A stretch of DNA of 64,000 bases, taken from the NCBI RefSeq assembly GCF_963921235.1, contig NC_086097.1, positions 237,152,001 to 237,216,000 on the forward strand, given 5' to 3'. The DNA is from Mobula hypostoma (taxonomy: Eukaryota). Positions 13,450 through 27,089 of the stretch are shown one piece after another. Below the pieces are notes generated by a model, which saw nothing but the letters and a program-made list of their open reading frames with translations, was not told where the DNA came from and searched no databases. Position 1 is the first letter of the stretch. Each line of letters begins with the position of its first letter. Both the position numbers and the translations under genes were made by a program.

Positions 13450-15320
13450 ATTCAAGATTGTTTAATGTCATTTCCAATACACAAGTATAACGGAACATTG
13501 TTACTCCAATCTGATGCAGCACACAAAAAAAAAGATAAAGAACACAATAATAAAAAAAACACAATAAATATAAATACATAAGATAGCTTATAGACAGTAC
13601 ATGCAGTAGATTGATTGTACGCACATAGAGTATCTGTACATTAGGTGACTAACAGAGAATGCTAAAGCAGTGATAGGGGAGAGGATGTGGTGAGGTGCAT
13701 TAGTGGATGGAGGTGTTGATTATCTTTACTGTGTGAGTCTGTTGATCCTGGTGTGATGCTATGTAGCCCCTCCATGATGGGACTGAGACAAACATTTATG
13801 AGTAGAGTTGGTCAGATTCACCATGTTATTGGACTTTTCTCGGCACCTTTCTGTGCATATGTCCTTGATGGCAGGTAGGCTGGTGCCAGTGATGCTTTGG
13901 GCAGTTTTGACCGCCCGTGGTGGAGACTTCCTGACTACTACAGTGCAGCTTCTGTACCATGCGGTGAAGTAGCACGTTAGGATACTCTCTATTGCACATC
14001 TGTAGAAGGTTAACAAGTATAGACGTGCATAGTCCAGCTCTCTTCAGCCTCCTCAGAGAGTAAAGGCATTGGTCAGCATTCCTGATTGTGTAGGATGTGC
14101 TCTGAGACCATGAGAGGTTGTGCATTCCCAGAAGTTTGAAGCTGTTTCCGCTGCTGTGCTGCCAATGTAAAGAGGGGTGGGTGTGAGTTCGCCTGAAGTC
14201 GATAACAATCTCCTTTATCTTGTTAACATTGAGGAAAAAGTTTTCTGCCTGGCACCAGGCCTTGAGTTCTTCCACCTCCTCTCCGTAGGCCGTCTCATCA
14301 TTGCCGGTGAAGAGCCCCACCACTCTGTGTCATCAACGAACTTGGCAATGTGATTACGTACAGTTGTGTGTGAGCAGAGTGTACAACTGTGCACTTAGCA
14401 CACAGCCTGGGGTCACCCATGTTGAGAATGATGGGGAGGGAGGAACGGCTGTCCATCCTGACTATTGGAGGTCTGGTGGTCAGGAAGTCCAACACCCAAA
14501 TGCACAGCGTTTAGACCGAGGAGTAGGAATTTGTTCACCAAGGTCTGTGGGACAATAGTGTTGAATGCTGAACTGAAATCCAGAAACAACATTCTGATAT
14601 AAGTGTCCTTGTTTTCTAGCTGTGTCATGCTGTGGCATCTGTCATAAAGCGGTTCTGGTCAAAAGCGTGTTGGTGAGTGTGACTGGAGTGCAGTTTTTGC
14701 GATGTACCATTTCCAGTCATTCGAAAGGACTTCATGATGATTGGTGTTGGTGCTATGGGGCAGTTGATGTTTAGGTCTGAGGATGTAGATTTCTTTGGTA
14801 TAGGGATAACGGAGGCTGATTTGAAGCCTGTATGAGTGAAGTGTTGAAGATGTCCATCAAGTCAGTGAACTGGTGTGTGCACGCTCCCTGAATACTCAGC
14901 CTGGGATGTTGTCTGGCCCGGCAACCGAACAGGGGAAAACTCAGCAGAGTCCTTATCACAACTGCTGCTCAGCTGGAAGGGGAGGTAGCTTTCGTGGGTA
15001 GAGCTGTATTGCATGCCTCATGCATAACGGTTCTTTAGAGTGTTGTGGAGGGAGACCTCACTGGCACAGTCAGCACTGTGTTTCTTTAGTCAGTAAAGCA
15101 CTTAATGCCCAGCCACGTATGCTGGGTTCATTATCGGATGCTCAATATTTTGTGCATCAGCAGTCTTTGTCCTCTTGATGCCTAACATGAGGTTTCCCCT
15201 GGTTGCTCAGAGAGTTGAAGGCAGTGTCCCGGGCTTTTAGTAAGGAGTACACCTCTGCATTCAGCCAGGGCTTCTGGTTGGGCCATGAGATGAGTGTTCT
15301 TGAGATACATAGACAGAGAG
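13450..15320 (-). mobile_element. Rex/L2-like LINE, 5'-truncated
   Basis: [44 protein letters not shown] and FYRCAIESILT motifs across frameshifts. Confidence 0.85.
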
Positions 15321-16261
15321 ATAGGAGCAAGTGTAATAATGAGGTAGTGTTCAAGAATCGCTCAGAAATCTGATGGCAGAGGGGAAGAAGCTGATCCTGG
15401 AACATTGAGTCAGGTACACGAATGGTAGGTCTCTCCTGTGGGAAGAGGCAAAGGCATTTGCACAGGTACCCTCCTGCAATTAGATGAGAGAGTGGAGACC
15501 CCCTTGAAAAGTACAACTCTTGCTAGGGTTGATACAGAGCTGATATTTTCCTGGCTGGGGTATTGAGATCCAATCGAGATGCAGAATCTGCGCACAGATT
15601 TGAGCTGTGATAGTGGCATCCAATAACGTTTCAGTGTTGTAGTTGGATCACAGCTGAGTTAACTTTAGAAACCTGCCGCATTTTGGCAGACCAGCTCTAA
15701 ACATTTCTTGTTAGTTTACTCTGTGCAGTTTTTTTTTCCCCCCAGATGCAGGTAAAGTTAGAAATTGCTACAATACATCATCCCATTCAGATTCAGATTG
15801 AGCAATTAATTTTCCTTTTGTGTTCTCAGGAGTGCGAAGGAAACAGAACTTATTCTGTCATGCTAATTTAAAAAGTAGCTTAATTTCACTCTTCCTTTAT
15901 CACTCGACAGATTTCTCTTCCAGAGGATTTATCATCAGTCAATTTACAGCCTGGCAACTGCATTCTGTCTCACAGGATTTAATCATTCACCATCATGGCA
16001 AACTATCCACTCCTTTGGATAGCAAACATACATTTGAACAGATATGTTACTCTTTTATGTGACACGGAAACATTTCTTTACAATTATGGAGTCAGCATTT
16101 CAGCCATCGCACACTTCACAGTGTTATTTCAAAGAGCCAAATGGGCTTCACTCGTAGAATTCACTGTGAATTACTTGTTTAGGTTTTAGTGTAATGACTG
16201 GCAATAGTGCTTTAAAGAGCTGTGTGAATGTGGCCACCCTATTAAGCTCAGGACTAAAACT

Positions 16262-16645
16262 CAGTGAGGTCTTCTGTTGCTGTAGCCCATCCACTTCAAG
16301 GTTTGACATGTAGTGCATTCAGAGATGCTCTTCTGCACACCACTATTATAATGTGTGACAATTTGAGTTATTGTGGCCCTCCGTCAGTCTGAATCAGTCT
16401 GGTTGTTCTCTTCTAATCTCTCTCGTTAACAAGGCGTTTAAACCCACAGAACTGCTACTAACTGCATGTTTTTTTTTGTGTTTCACACCAGTCTCCGTAA
16501 TCTGTTGTATGTAAAAATCTCAGGAGATCAACAGTTTCTGAGATACTCACACCACCCCATCTGGCACCTGTTAATCCATGGTGGAAGTGACTTAGATCAC
16601 ATTTCTTCCCCATTCTGATGGTTGAGCTGAAAAACAACTGAACCT
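16262..16645. mobile_element. Probable Tc1-like DNA transposon fragment
   Basis: Resembles fish Tc1-family internal sequence (ctgtagcccatccacttcaaggtt...gcattcagagatgctcttctgc). Recognised by eye; termini unclear. Confidence 0.5.
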
Positions 16646-17944
16646 TTTCTTCTTCTTCTTGTAGAGTTTAATGGTGTTTGCCAGACCAACATAAGGTGCA
16701 TTACCACAACCACAACACAGCTGGGAATGTGCAGCAAAGAGACATGAAGTACCCCTAATAAACCACCCCCCAAAAAACTCAAATACCAAAAAGTCTAATG
16801 CTTTTTTAAGAAGTCAGATATGCACTTATACACATTATGATGGCAGTGATATCATAACAAACTTTCCATGTTAATCTGTGTCTGTCCCAAAGATCTGAAT
16901 TTATCAATTGGATGTTTAATTTGCCACCTCATAAGAACAGAGTTCAAACAATGTATGCTGTGCTGTTTCTTGACAAGTGCACTCCCTACAAATGCCCATA
17001 TCATGCATATTAATTCTGAATAAGAAATTATTCAACTGAGTATGCCCAACATGTAAGTATAACTTCTTCCTTCCTTTCTTATCAATCTCCCAGCTGATTT
17101 CCCACCATCCTCTGAATTTTATATAATATCATCCCTTCTTTTCCTTATCCCAACTTTGTTGCCCCAGTAATCAAATAGACTTTTTAATTATGACTTTCAC
17201 CTCCACTTCATGCAAAGGCACCACTACATTTATATCCTTAATTTTCAGTGATTGCTTGGCTAGGATGTCTTCGCCTCATTTCCTTCAACACCAACATGGG
17301 TTGCAAAATGGATACACAAGCCTAGACCCTCAACAGATTTAGTCAAATCTCAGGAAGAATGTTTGGCCTGCAATTTGAAATACCTATTTAATGGATGTCA
17401 AAAACAAGAATGAATCGGAGCACAGAAGTACATAATTTTGGAACGTAAACAGAAACACCCGAATGACCTGTTAATGGACCTTTTGAACCACATGCAGATA
17501 TATAAGAAGCTATAATATCTGCCTTGCACATTGCTGAACATCCTGCGCCACTGATTTAAAATAATTTTTTCATTTAGGTCCTTCCTTGAAGGCTTAACTC
17601 AACCACAGGAAAAAGGAAAACCCATGGAGGAGCAACAGAAGGGGGTACACTGGGACCATATTCCGCCTTAAACAACCCAAGATTTTATGCCCATTCATTT
17701 CCCATCCACCCATTAACTGAAGACCTTACGAATGCAGTGCTCCCAACACTCCCATATTGGACCATTGCTAACTATAATGTGCATAGCTGTAAAGGTACTT
17801 CACCCTTTTCTACCAGTAATGCTGAAATTGGGGATGATTTAATAGCACCACAGGTAAACTCAATGCTTTAGTTTGATCTTTATCTCAGAGTTTTAAGACT
17901 GCTGGTGAGGCTGACCCATAAGCAAGACATCTATAATCAAAGAC

Positions 17945-19910
17945 AGATAGAACCATAGAACCATAGGACACTACAGCACAGAAAGCAGGCCATTCGGCCC
18001 TTCTAGTCTGTGCCAAAACATTATTCCGCTAGTCCCATTGACCTGCATCCAGTCCATAACCCTCCAGACCTCTCCCATCCATGTACCTATCCAATTTATT
18101 TTTAAAACTTAAGAGTGAGCCCGCATTTACCACGTCAGATGGCAGCTCGTTCCACACTCCCACCACTCTCTGAGTAAAGAAGTTCACCCTAATGTTCCCC
18201 CTAAACCTTTCCCCTTTCACCCTAAAGCCATGTCTTCTAGTATTTATCTCTCCTAATCTAAGTGGAAAGAGCCTATTCATACTTATTGTGTCTATATCCC
18301 TCATAATTTTGTAAACCTCTATCAAATCTCCCCTCATTCTTCTACGCTCCAAGGAATAAAGTCCTGAACTGTTCAATCTTTCCCTGTAACTCAACTCCTG
18401 AAGACCCGGCAACATCCTCGTAAATCTTCTCTGCACTCCTTCAATCTTATTGATATCCTTCCTATAGTTAGGTGACCAGAACGGAACACAATACTCCAAA
18501 TTTGGCCTCACCAATATCTTATACAACTTCCCCATAACATCCCAACTCCTATACTCAATACTTTGATTTAGGAATGCCAGGATGCCAAAAGCCTTCTTTA
18601 CCACCCTGTCTACCTGTGACACCACTTCCAGGGAAGTATGTATCTGAACTACCAGATCTCTTTGTTCCTCCGCACTCCTCAGTACCCTACCATTTACTGT
18701 TTACCATTCACTACCTTGATTTGTCCTTCCAAAATGCAACACCTCATACTTGTCTGCATTAAATTCCCTCCAGTTGGTCCAGATCCCTCTGCAAGCTTTG
18801 AAAGCCTTCCTGGCTGTCCACGATGCCTCCAATCTTAGTGTCATCAGCAAACTTGCTGATCCAATTTACACATTATTATCTAGATCATTGATATAGACAA
18901 CAAACAACAATGGTCCCAGCACAGATCCTTGAGGCACACCACTAGTCACAGGCCTCCAGTCTGACAAACAATCATCCACTACCACTCTCTGTCTTCTCCC
19001 ACACAGCCAGTTTCAAATCCAGTTTACAACCTCTCCATGGATATCCAGTGTCTGAACCTTCTGAACCAACCTCCCATGTGGGACCTTGTCAAAGGCCTTA
19101 TTGAAGTCCATGTAAGCAACATCTACAGCCTTTCCTTCATCTACTTTCTTGGTAACACGCACAAAGCCATGCTGACTATCCTTAATCAGCCCTTGGCTGT
19201 CCAAATACTTGTATATCCGATCTCTCAGAACAGCTTCCAATACTTTACCTACTACTGATGTCAGGCTTACCGGCCCGTAATTACCTGGTTTACTTTTGGA
19301 GCCTTTTTTAAACAGTGGAACAACATGAGCTACCCTCCAATCCTTCAGCACCGCACCCATGGCTAAGGACATTTCAAATATTTCCGCCAGGGCCCCTGCA
19401 ATTTCTACACTAGTCTCTCTAAAGGTCCAAGGAAATATCATGTCAGGCCCGGGGGATTTATCTATCTTTATTCACTGTAAGGCAGCAAGCACCTCCTCCG
19501 CTTTAATCTCTATACGTTCCATGACACTGCTGCTTGTTTCCCTTCCTTCTATACACGCTACGCCAGTTTCCTGAGTAAATACTAATGCAAAAAATTGTTT
19601 TAAGATCTTCCCCATCTCGTGAGGCTCCACACATAGACGACCACTTTGATCTTCTAAGGGACCAATTTTATCCCTTACTATCCTTTTACTCTTAATATAC
19701 TTGTAGAAACCCTTCGGGTTTACCTTCACGTTATCTGCCAAAGCAACCTCATGTCTTCTTTTTTGCCTTCCTGATTTCCTTCTTTAGTATTTTCTTACAT
19801 TTTCTACACTCTTCAAGTACCTCATTTGTTCCTTGTTGCCTATACCTGCTATTCACCTCTCTCTTTTTCTTAGCCAGATCACCAATATCCCTTGAAAACC
19901 AAGGTTCCAA
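17945..19910 (-). mobile_element. Relatively young CR1 LINE, 5'-truncated
   Basis: Long open stretches 18029..18625 (LVRPNLEYCVPFWSP...FFTQRVVGVWNELP), 19013..19441 (YMDFNKAFDKVPH) and 19472..19741; short-repeat 3' tail near 17950. Confidence 0.92.
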
Positions 19911-20111
19911 GGTTAAAGCAATTAAAGCAATTGATTAAATCTGATTAAAGCAAAATATATTTGTTTAAGTGACCTCCTACTCACACCCCAATCACACCCA
20001 ACTACACACCTGAGCACATTAAAAGCTTTTTTACACTTCTCTAGAATTTTATTCACATGCACCTTTCATGTTAGCCTTTTGTCCAGACTGTTTAGGAGAT
20101 TAACCAAATAT

Positions 20112-21153
20112 GGCTACGTCCACACTACGCTGGATAATTTTGAAAACGCCGGTTTCGAGTAAAAACAACAGGCGTCCACACTAAGTGTTTTTCAAAATAT
20201 CTCCGTCCACATTAGGCGGATATTTGGGGGAATCTCCTCCTACTGGGCATGTGCAGGACACACACAGAAAACAAGCGAAGAGGAAACGATATACCTGGTG
20301 CGCGTTTGTCCGGTTACAGAGTAGAAAAACTTCAAAGGACTTGCTGTTGGCTCTCACGCAGGAGGACTTAAAACTAAAAAAAACAAATACTGGAGCGTAT
20401 GGAGGCAACCAACAGGGGGTTCACAGAGAGTATGACCCAGCTGACGACGAACATTGAAAAACTGACTGACTCTGTTGCATTAATAAAGCATCTTGTTAAA
20501 TATATAAAACATGTCTGCATCAGTGTTATCTTGTATTTCCAGACAATGTTACATTAGGCTGTTACACATCTATTGTCAGAGAAGTACTTGCATAAATAGG
20601 TGAACCACCTTCATACAAGCAAGGACAGAAAACAGGGCAAAGTGAGTATACGTATTTATTCAGTAAGCTATGGGTCAAAGTATTTGGTGAGTACATTTCT
20701 AACCCTCCTGGCTTCAGTCTCGTTGCCGTCTGTTCTGAAATTGTTAGGTTATGTGGGGGGTTGCGTTCAAGAAAACAACGAAACGCCGCGCTGAGGCCAT
20801 CTGTTCCAGGACGTCATGACAGCGTTTTTAAATAGTCAAAAAAGCTCACTTTACAATTTAACTCTCAGGCCGTTCACATCGACTGCGCATTATAACAGCT
20901 TGCGCGGTACCAAGCAGAAGCAGAAAAAGCATTGTTGTTGTGGTGTTGTCATGACAGCGTTTTTAAATCTCTCCGGTTACCCAGTACACACTACACCAGA
21001 TATTAAGCGTTTTCAGATTTATTCACTCTGGAGATCGTTTCTGAAAATCTCCGTTTTCGGGGGATGAAACCGCCGTTTCAGTGTGGACAGAAGGTCAAAA
21101 CGAAGAGAAAAAGCATCGTTTTCAAAATGATCCGGCGTAGTGTGGACGCACCC
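20112..21153. mobile_element. PIF/Harbinger-like non-autonomous DNA transposon
   Basis: TIRs ggctacgtccacactacgctggataattttgaaaacg and gggtgcgtccacactacgccggatcattttgaaaacg; flanks TAT/TAA (imperfect 3-bp TSD). Confidence 0.75.
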
Positions 21154-21159
21154 TAATTT

Positions 21160-23515
21160 GTGATCAATTGTGGGTGATATGTTGCTTTTAGAAAAACAAA
21201 TAACTTGAGAATGAAAATGTAAATCTCCACTGACATCCTCATTCTCTGCTTCATTAGTAGTTGCCTGCATTTTCCTCACTCTATAGTTTACATTCCTACC
21301 TCTCTTCCTCACTGCACTATCATCAGCATATAACGATTTGGAAGTGCCTGAGCCAACATTCAAAAAAATATCATCACTGTAATTATAATATTAAAAAGGA
21401 GTGGGCTACACACACTCCCCTGTGGAGTCCCATTCTCAATTTCATACTTCTTAGAGAATGTTGTTCCCTGCTAATTTATATCTTCCTATCACATAAAAAA
21501 TCTTGAATCCCATTGAACATTCTCCCACCTATTGTTATCTTTTTCCAGTTTAAGCAACAACCCTTGTGTCTATAATATATCATAAGCTTTCTCTACATCA
21601 AAGAAAACTGCTGCCACTGATTCTTTATTAACTTGGGCTTTATGAAGAGGAATAGATAGAGTGGATAGCCAGTGCCTCTTCCCCAGGGCACCACTGCTCA
21701 ATACAAGAGGACATGGGGTGGGAAGTTCAAGGGGGATATTAGAGGAAGGTTTTTTACTCAGAGAGTGGTTGGTGCGTGGAATGCACTGCCTGAGTCAGTG
21801 GTGGAGACAGATACACTAGACAGGTACATGGAGGAATTTAAGGTGGGGGGTTATATGGGAGGTAGGGTTTAAGGGTCAGCACAACATTGTGGGCTGAAGG
21901 GCCTATACTGTGCTGTACTATTCTATATTCTATGTTTTATGACTATCAGATTCCAAAATTAACGCTAAATCTATGGTTATTCTCCCTTTACAAAATCCAG
22001 ATTGGCATATCGATAAGTTCCCACTACCTTCCACAAAATAAGAAAGCCCTGCTATAACCATTCATTCCATTATCTTACATACATGTGAAGTTAGCGAAAT
22101 AGGCCTATATCTTGAAGGATCTGTTTGATCCTCACCAGGTTTCAATATAGGGATAAAAACAGCTCATTTCCTGGAAGCAGGAATTTGCCCTTCAACCCAT
22201 ATTGTATTCAAAAATTTCAAAGCCAACGTAAGTTTCGATTCAGATAATCATGTAAACATATAACAAATGCCATCTTTCCTGGGCGATGTATGACCAGCAC
22301 TATTAATAGCCTTTTTAAGTCCAGGCAATATAAATTCAACATCCAAGCAGGAACTGAACATACTTTTCTTGGCAATCTGAGGATTGCTTGCCAAAGCTGT
22401 TTCTCTACAAGACCTCTCTTCTTTACTTAAATTGGTTGAACTATGTACACTGACATATGATTTTGCTAACTTTCTCCCCACCATACAAACCTGATTATGC
22501 ATCAAGTTTTCTAACTCTACCATTTCTGTACCGTACCCCAAACTTCATCTACCTGGATCTCTTTCCCAATGCTATTACAGTACTTTCTCCAATACATTTT
22601 ATTTGCCTTTCTCACGACTATTCCTGCTACAGCTTGAGCTCTTCTATTTTGTTTGAAAGATAAATAGGTGTAACACTGCCTAAAGGCTTTATTCAGCTCC
22701 TTCATAGCTCTTATACATTGATTCGTCCAGCCAGGGAACAGCTTTCACTTTATTATCCCCCAGTCATCTGGGAATTGGTTCCTTAGGTATTGAGTTAATG
22801 GAGGTATCCTCCAAAACCAAACGATCAGGATATCTGCTTTCACATAAATCATCAAATACATCCCAGTTTTCCTCTTTAAAATTCCACCTGGGGTTACAAT
22901 ATTCTTTCCTCTATTCCCATTCTACAGATAATGGAGAAATGATCACTTCCCACTGTTTCATCATTATACGCACACTTGCTATATCCTTAAATACCAGCAT
23001 GAGGTCTATAGCAGAAATATTGCTGTTAAATGGATTTACCTTTGCATTCTTACCATCATTCAAGCACACCAAACACATTTCTTTCAGAAAATCTTCCACC
23101 ACTATCTCATTCACATTTGTGTCACCACAAACCCGCAGACTACTATGAGCATCAAAGTCCCCACACCCACATGACTTTATTTTTCCTATTTCCACCCACA
23201 CTTTCCAATATATCAGGTGTTCAACTTTCACGAAGATTATAAAGATATTTTTATCCGTACTGTTCTGTTCTTTTCCCAAATTTCAGCCATGATTGACTCA
23301 TAAACAACCCTAATCTCCGGACTACTTTTCCACTCCTCCTCCATTAACTACTTTCCGATCGCATCTCATATCAACATAACCTTTTATCTTAGAACTTACA
23401 CAAGATTTCAACCAGGTTTCCTGTACACATATAACTTCAATACATCTCTGAAATTCTTGATCATTAGTTAACAAGCTTCTCACATTTCATTGTAAGATTA
23501 GAAAAAAGCCATTAA
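21160..23515 (-). mobile_element. I/Nimb-like LINE ORF2 remnant (APE plus RT)
   Basis: LQ*NVRSLLTNDQEF, EVICVQETWLK, CGDFDAHS, YRPISLTSHVCK, AVFFDVEKAYD, GTPQGS and SLYADD; interrupted by a CR1 3' fragment at about 21640-21935. Confidence 0.8.
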
Positions 23516-23629
23516 CAATCCCCCTTTGAAGTCTAAACATCATCTACACCTCCTTGTAGGGCATCGTTAATAACTTCCAGAGTTAAGTCTTTTATCTTTT
23601 TACTTTCTTTCATGTTTTATGACAATTAT

Positions 23630-24560
23630 TTAGATGACAGAGTTGGCGGCTTTGTGGCCAAGTCTGCAGATGGTACAAAGATAGTTAGAGAGGCAGGTAG
23701 TACTGAGGAAGCAGGGTGTCTGCAGAAGGACTTAGACAGATTGGGAGAATGGTAAAGAAATGGCAGATGGAGTAAAGTGTAGGGAAGCGTATGGTCATAC
23801 ATATTGGTAAAAGGAATACAGGCATGGACTATTTTCTAAGTGGGGAGAACATTCAAAGATCAGAGGTGCAAAGGGACTTGGGAGTCCTGGTGCAAAATTC
23901 CCTAAAGGTTACCTTTCAGGTTGAATCAGTGGTAAAGAAGGCAAAAGCAATGTTAGCATTCATTTCAAGAGGGTTAGAATACAAAAGCAAGGATGTAATG
24001 CTGGGGCTTTATAAGGCATTGGTCAGACTGCACTTATAGTATTGTGAGCAGTTTTGGGCTGGCATTGGAGAGGACACAGAGGAGGTTCATGAGAATTATC
24101 CCAAGAGTGAAAGGATTATCCTATGAGGAGTGTTTGATGGCTCTGGGCCTGTAACCGCTGATGTTTGGAAGAATGTGGGAGGATCTCATTGAAACCTATT
24201 GAATTTTGAAAGATCTAAATAGAGTGGATATGGAGAGGCTGTTTCTTATAGTGGGGGAATCCTGGACCAGAAGGAACAGCCTCAGAATAGAGGGACATCC
24301 ATTTAGAACAGAGATGAGAAAACATTTCTTCAACCAGAGGGTGGTGAATCTGCAAAATTCATTGTCACAGAGGTTGTACAAGCCAAGTTATTGGGCATAT
24401 TTAAGGTGGACGTTGATCGGTTCTTGATTAACCAGGGCATTTAAGGTTATAAGAAGAAGGCAGGGGAATGGGATTGAGAGGGATAATAAATCAGCCATGA
24501 TGAAACAGCAGAAGAAGAGTCAATGCACCGAATGGCATAATTTTCTTCCTATGTCTTATC
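23630..24560 (+). mobile_element. CR1 3' fragment
   Basis: QRDLGVLV, LYKALVRLHL and FFNQRVVNL motifs plus 3' UTR. Confidence 0.85.
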
Positions 24561-24769
24561 TCTAGATGTTTTTCTGCAGCTTTTAATTGAATTTCCATGT
24601 CTTTGTCCTACTTTTAGTTTGTACTGTACAATTTACCACATCTGCCATGAAAGTGACAAACTTTAGTTAATCAACCATCAATGGATCTTTCTTATACAAT
24701 CATGCACTTTACACGCCATCTTTAATCTATCTGTATTCTAGCTATTAATAGGTTTCATAGTTAATAACC

Positions 24770-25330
24770 AGGGGTGGTAATGCGCATAAGCTCGAACTAC
24801 CTATTAAATGCTCCCAAAAACGTGCACCCCAAATATCCTCTGACACCCAAGTCTAACTCCTGGCCTTCACGTGTGGCTTAGCTACTAAGCCTGATGGAAC
24901 CATTTCTATTCCAGGAGAAGGGGAAAAGTTAGGTTACTGACACCTTAAAACCAGTCACTTTAATTAAGTGGGACTTCTCAGCTGTGGTTGGCAGCTCATC
25001 TAGGAGAAGGAAAACTCTGATCTCAACCCCTCGTCTTCTTGCAGCTATACCCACTCATGGGGAATGGTTTGGGAGTAAACCCCTAGGAAAAATCCAGAGC
25101 TGGAGTCCCTAGGACAAGTCCTACATTGAGTTCAACGCTGACTGGCAACTCCTGCGACGCCACTGTATCGATCACCGCCATTCCTTTGGGTTCATCAGCT
25201 GCATGGAGGGGGGAATGTGCTGCATGGGAACAGATTGCTCTCCATATCATATTGTCCTGGCTTGCATATTGACTTCAACAGCTTGGACACAGCATCCATG
25301 GTCGACCCTGGCCAATGGAGGCCATCAATA
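24770..25330 (+). mobile_element. Probable RTE-derived non-autonomous element (5' UTR-like)
   Basis: Contains tctaggagaaggaaaactctg, which I associate with RTE/BovB-like 5' UTRs; no RT ORF. Confidence 0.45.
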
Positions 25331-25664
25331 GGTCCAACTGGCACTGTCCTCTGTACTTTCTACAGAGCCTCTACATATGATATGCCCATTTCCTCCCGAA
25401 CACACTGCAATTCCACAGGACATCCTGAAGAACACTGCTTAAAGTGTGCTTTAATACATCATCTTCATGCTGACTCAATATAATTCTTTGCCTATATCAT
25501 TTTAATCAACCAGGTCGTGGTTAAGCTATAATTATTTTGAACCTCTTGTATTTTCGTTTTTAAATAGTCTGTACCTATTTGTCACCATCTAAAATATCGG
25601 TTCCTAACTATTTTTTTGTATGCCATGGTCCAATACCATTAAGCAAGGGGTCCGTGGACTGGGC

Positions 25665-26065
25665 TGGAAAAATCTTGCCTGACAAATCCGTTGGAATTCT
25701 TTGAAGAAATAACAAGCAGGATAGTCAAAGGAGAATGTGGATGTTGTGTATTTGGATTTTCAGAAGACTTTTGTCAAGGTGCTGCTCATTAGACTGCTTA
25801 ACAAGATAAGAACCCATGGTATTACAGGCAAGAGTATTGGCTAATTGGCAGAAAGCAAAGGGTGGGAATAAAAGGAGCCTTTTCCAGTTGACTGCCAGTC
25901 GCTAATCGTGTTCTGCAGGGGTCGTTGTTGAGACTGCTTCTTTTTTTACATTATATGTCAATGATTTTATTATGAAATTGGTGGATTTGTGGCCAGGTTT
26001 GCAGACGATACAGACTTAAGTGGAGGGGCAGGTAGTGTTAAGGAAGCTGGGAGGCTGCAGATGCA
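25665..26065 (+). mobile_element. CR1 RT fragment
   Basis: LEFFEEITS, YLDFQK and FADD motifs. Confidence 0.75.
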
Positions 26066-26642
26066 CTTTGACCAGGGGTTTCCAACCTGGTTTTATGCCA
26101 TGGTCCAATACCACTAAGCAAGGTGTACATGAAACCCTGAAACAATTCCAAACAAAACACCAGGACATGGGAAGAAATTTCACCCATTCTTCAACTTTTT
26201 TCCAACCTTTTTTTGCTATAATCTCAGGATCACCAAGATACACTTAAGTTGTTTTCAGCTGTTCAAAATAACTGCAAATATGCTGTTACATGTCAAATCT
26301 AAAATAAATGTTTGATCCTCCCAAGCCATTTATTGCTGATTTTGAAACACCTTAAGGCATCATATTGGGCAGCAGCCCTAGGACTGAATATGGGAAAGCC
26401 CCAATTATCAACCTCCATCATCATGAGGTTTGAATGCTTCTGCCTAAAACAGGTGGGGAGCTCTTTTATTTTATAATCCGCACCATTGATAATCTGATCA
26501 ATCACCTTTACCAAATATAGCTTTGGTAGCAAATTGCACCAACCACATTTGTAGAAAGTGCACAATAAGACTCTTCAGGAATGAAATACCATCTGTTGAC
26601 CTTCCAGCAATATAGTTATTATTTGCATTTTCTGACACTTAC

Positions 26643-26852
26643 CTTGATACATACTGTGGAAGCCTTGTTTGTTTTGGGAGTAATCACTGTGGAAGTATAT
26701 GGTTGTTTCGTGGGTTGTACTGAAAAGAGGTGCTGGAATCTGAGGACCACTAAATCTACCAATTATCGTTCCAGTTGTTGCAGACCCACTCCTCACTTCC
26801 ATGTAATCGTGGATTGTCTCCGTGGAAAAATTAACAAACTGTAAGTGCACAC
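26643..26852 (-). CDS. CSMD3: CSMD3-like exon G (CUB)
   Basis: ctttag/gtaagt; 210 bp, phase 1->1; (G)VHLQFVNFSTETIHDYMEVRSGSATTGTIIGRFSGPQIPAPLFSTTHETTIYFHSDYSQNKQGFHSMYQ. Overlaps ORF 26575..26850. Confidence 0.95.
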
Positions 26853-27089
26853 CTAAAGATTACAAAACAAAATAAGTGGGAATTTAAATGACACAAACAC
26901 GAGGAAATCTGCAGATGCTGGAATTTCAAGCAAATTTAGTTCTTAAATGATCCATGACAAAAACCCACCACTGTTGACACACTTGTAGCTTCATAAATTA
27001 AGATGTGCATAAAGGACAATGTGTGGATTCAATTTGAAAACCATAAAGTCGGAAGATCTTCCCATTTTGGCATATCAGTCCTTGCCGCC

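Noticed and set aside
18029..18625. 198-aa ORF as a host gene
   Set aside because: C-terminal part of CR1 ORF2 in a truncated, frameshifted element.
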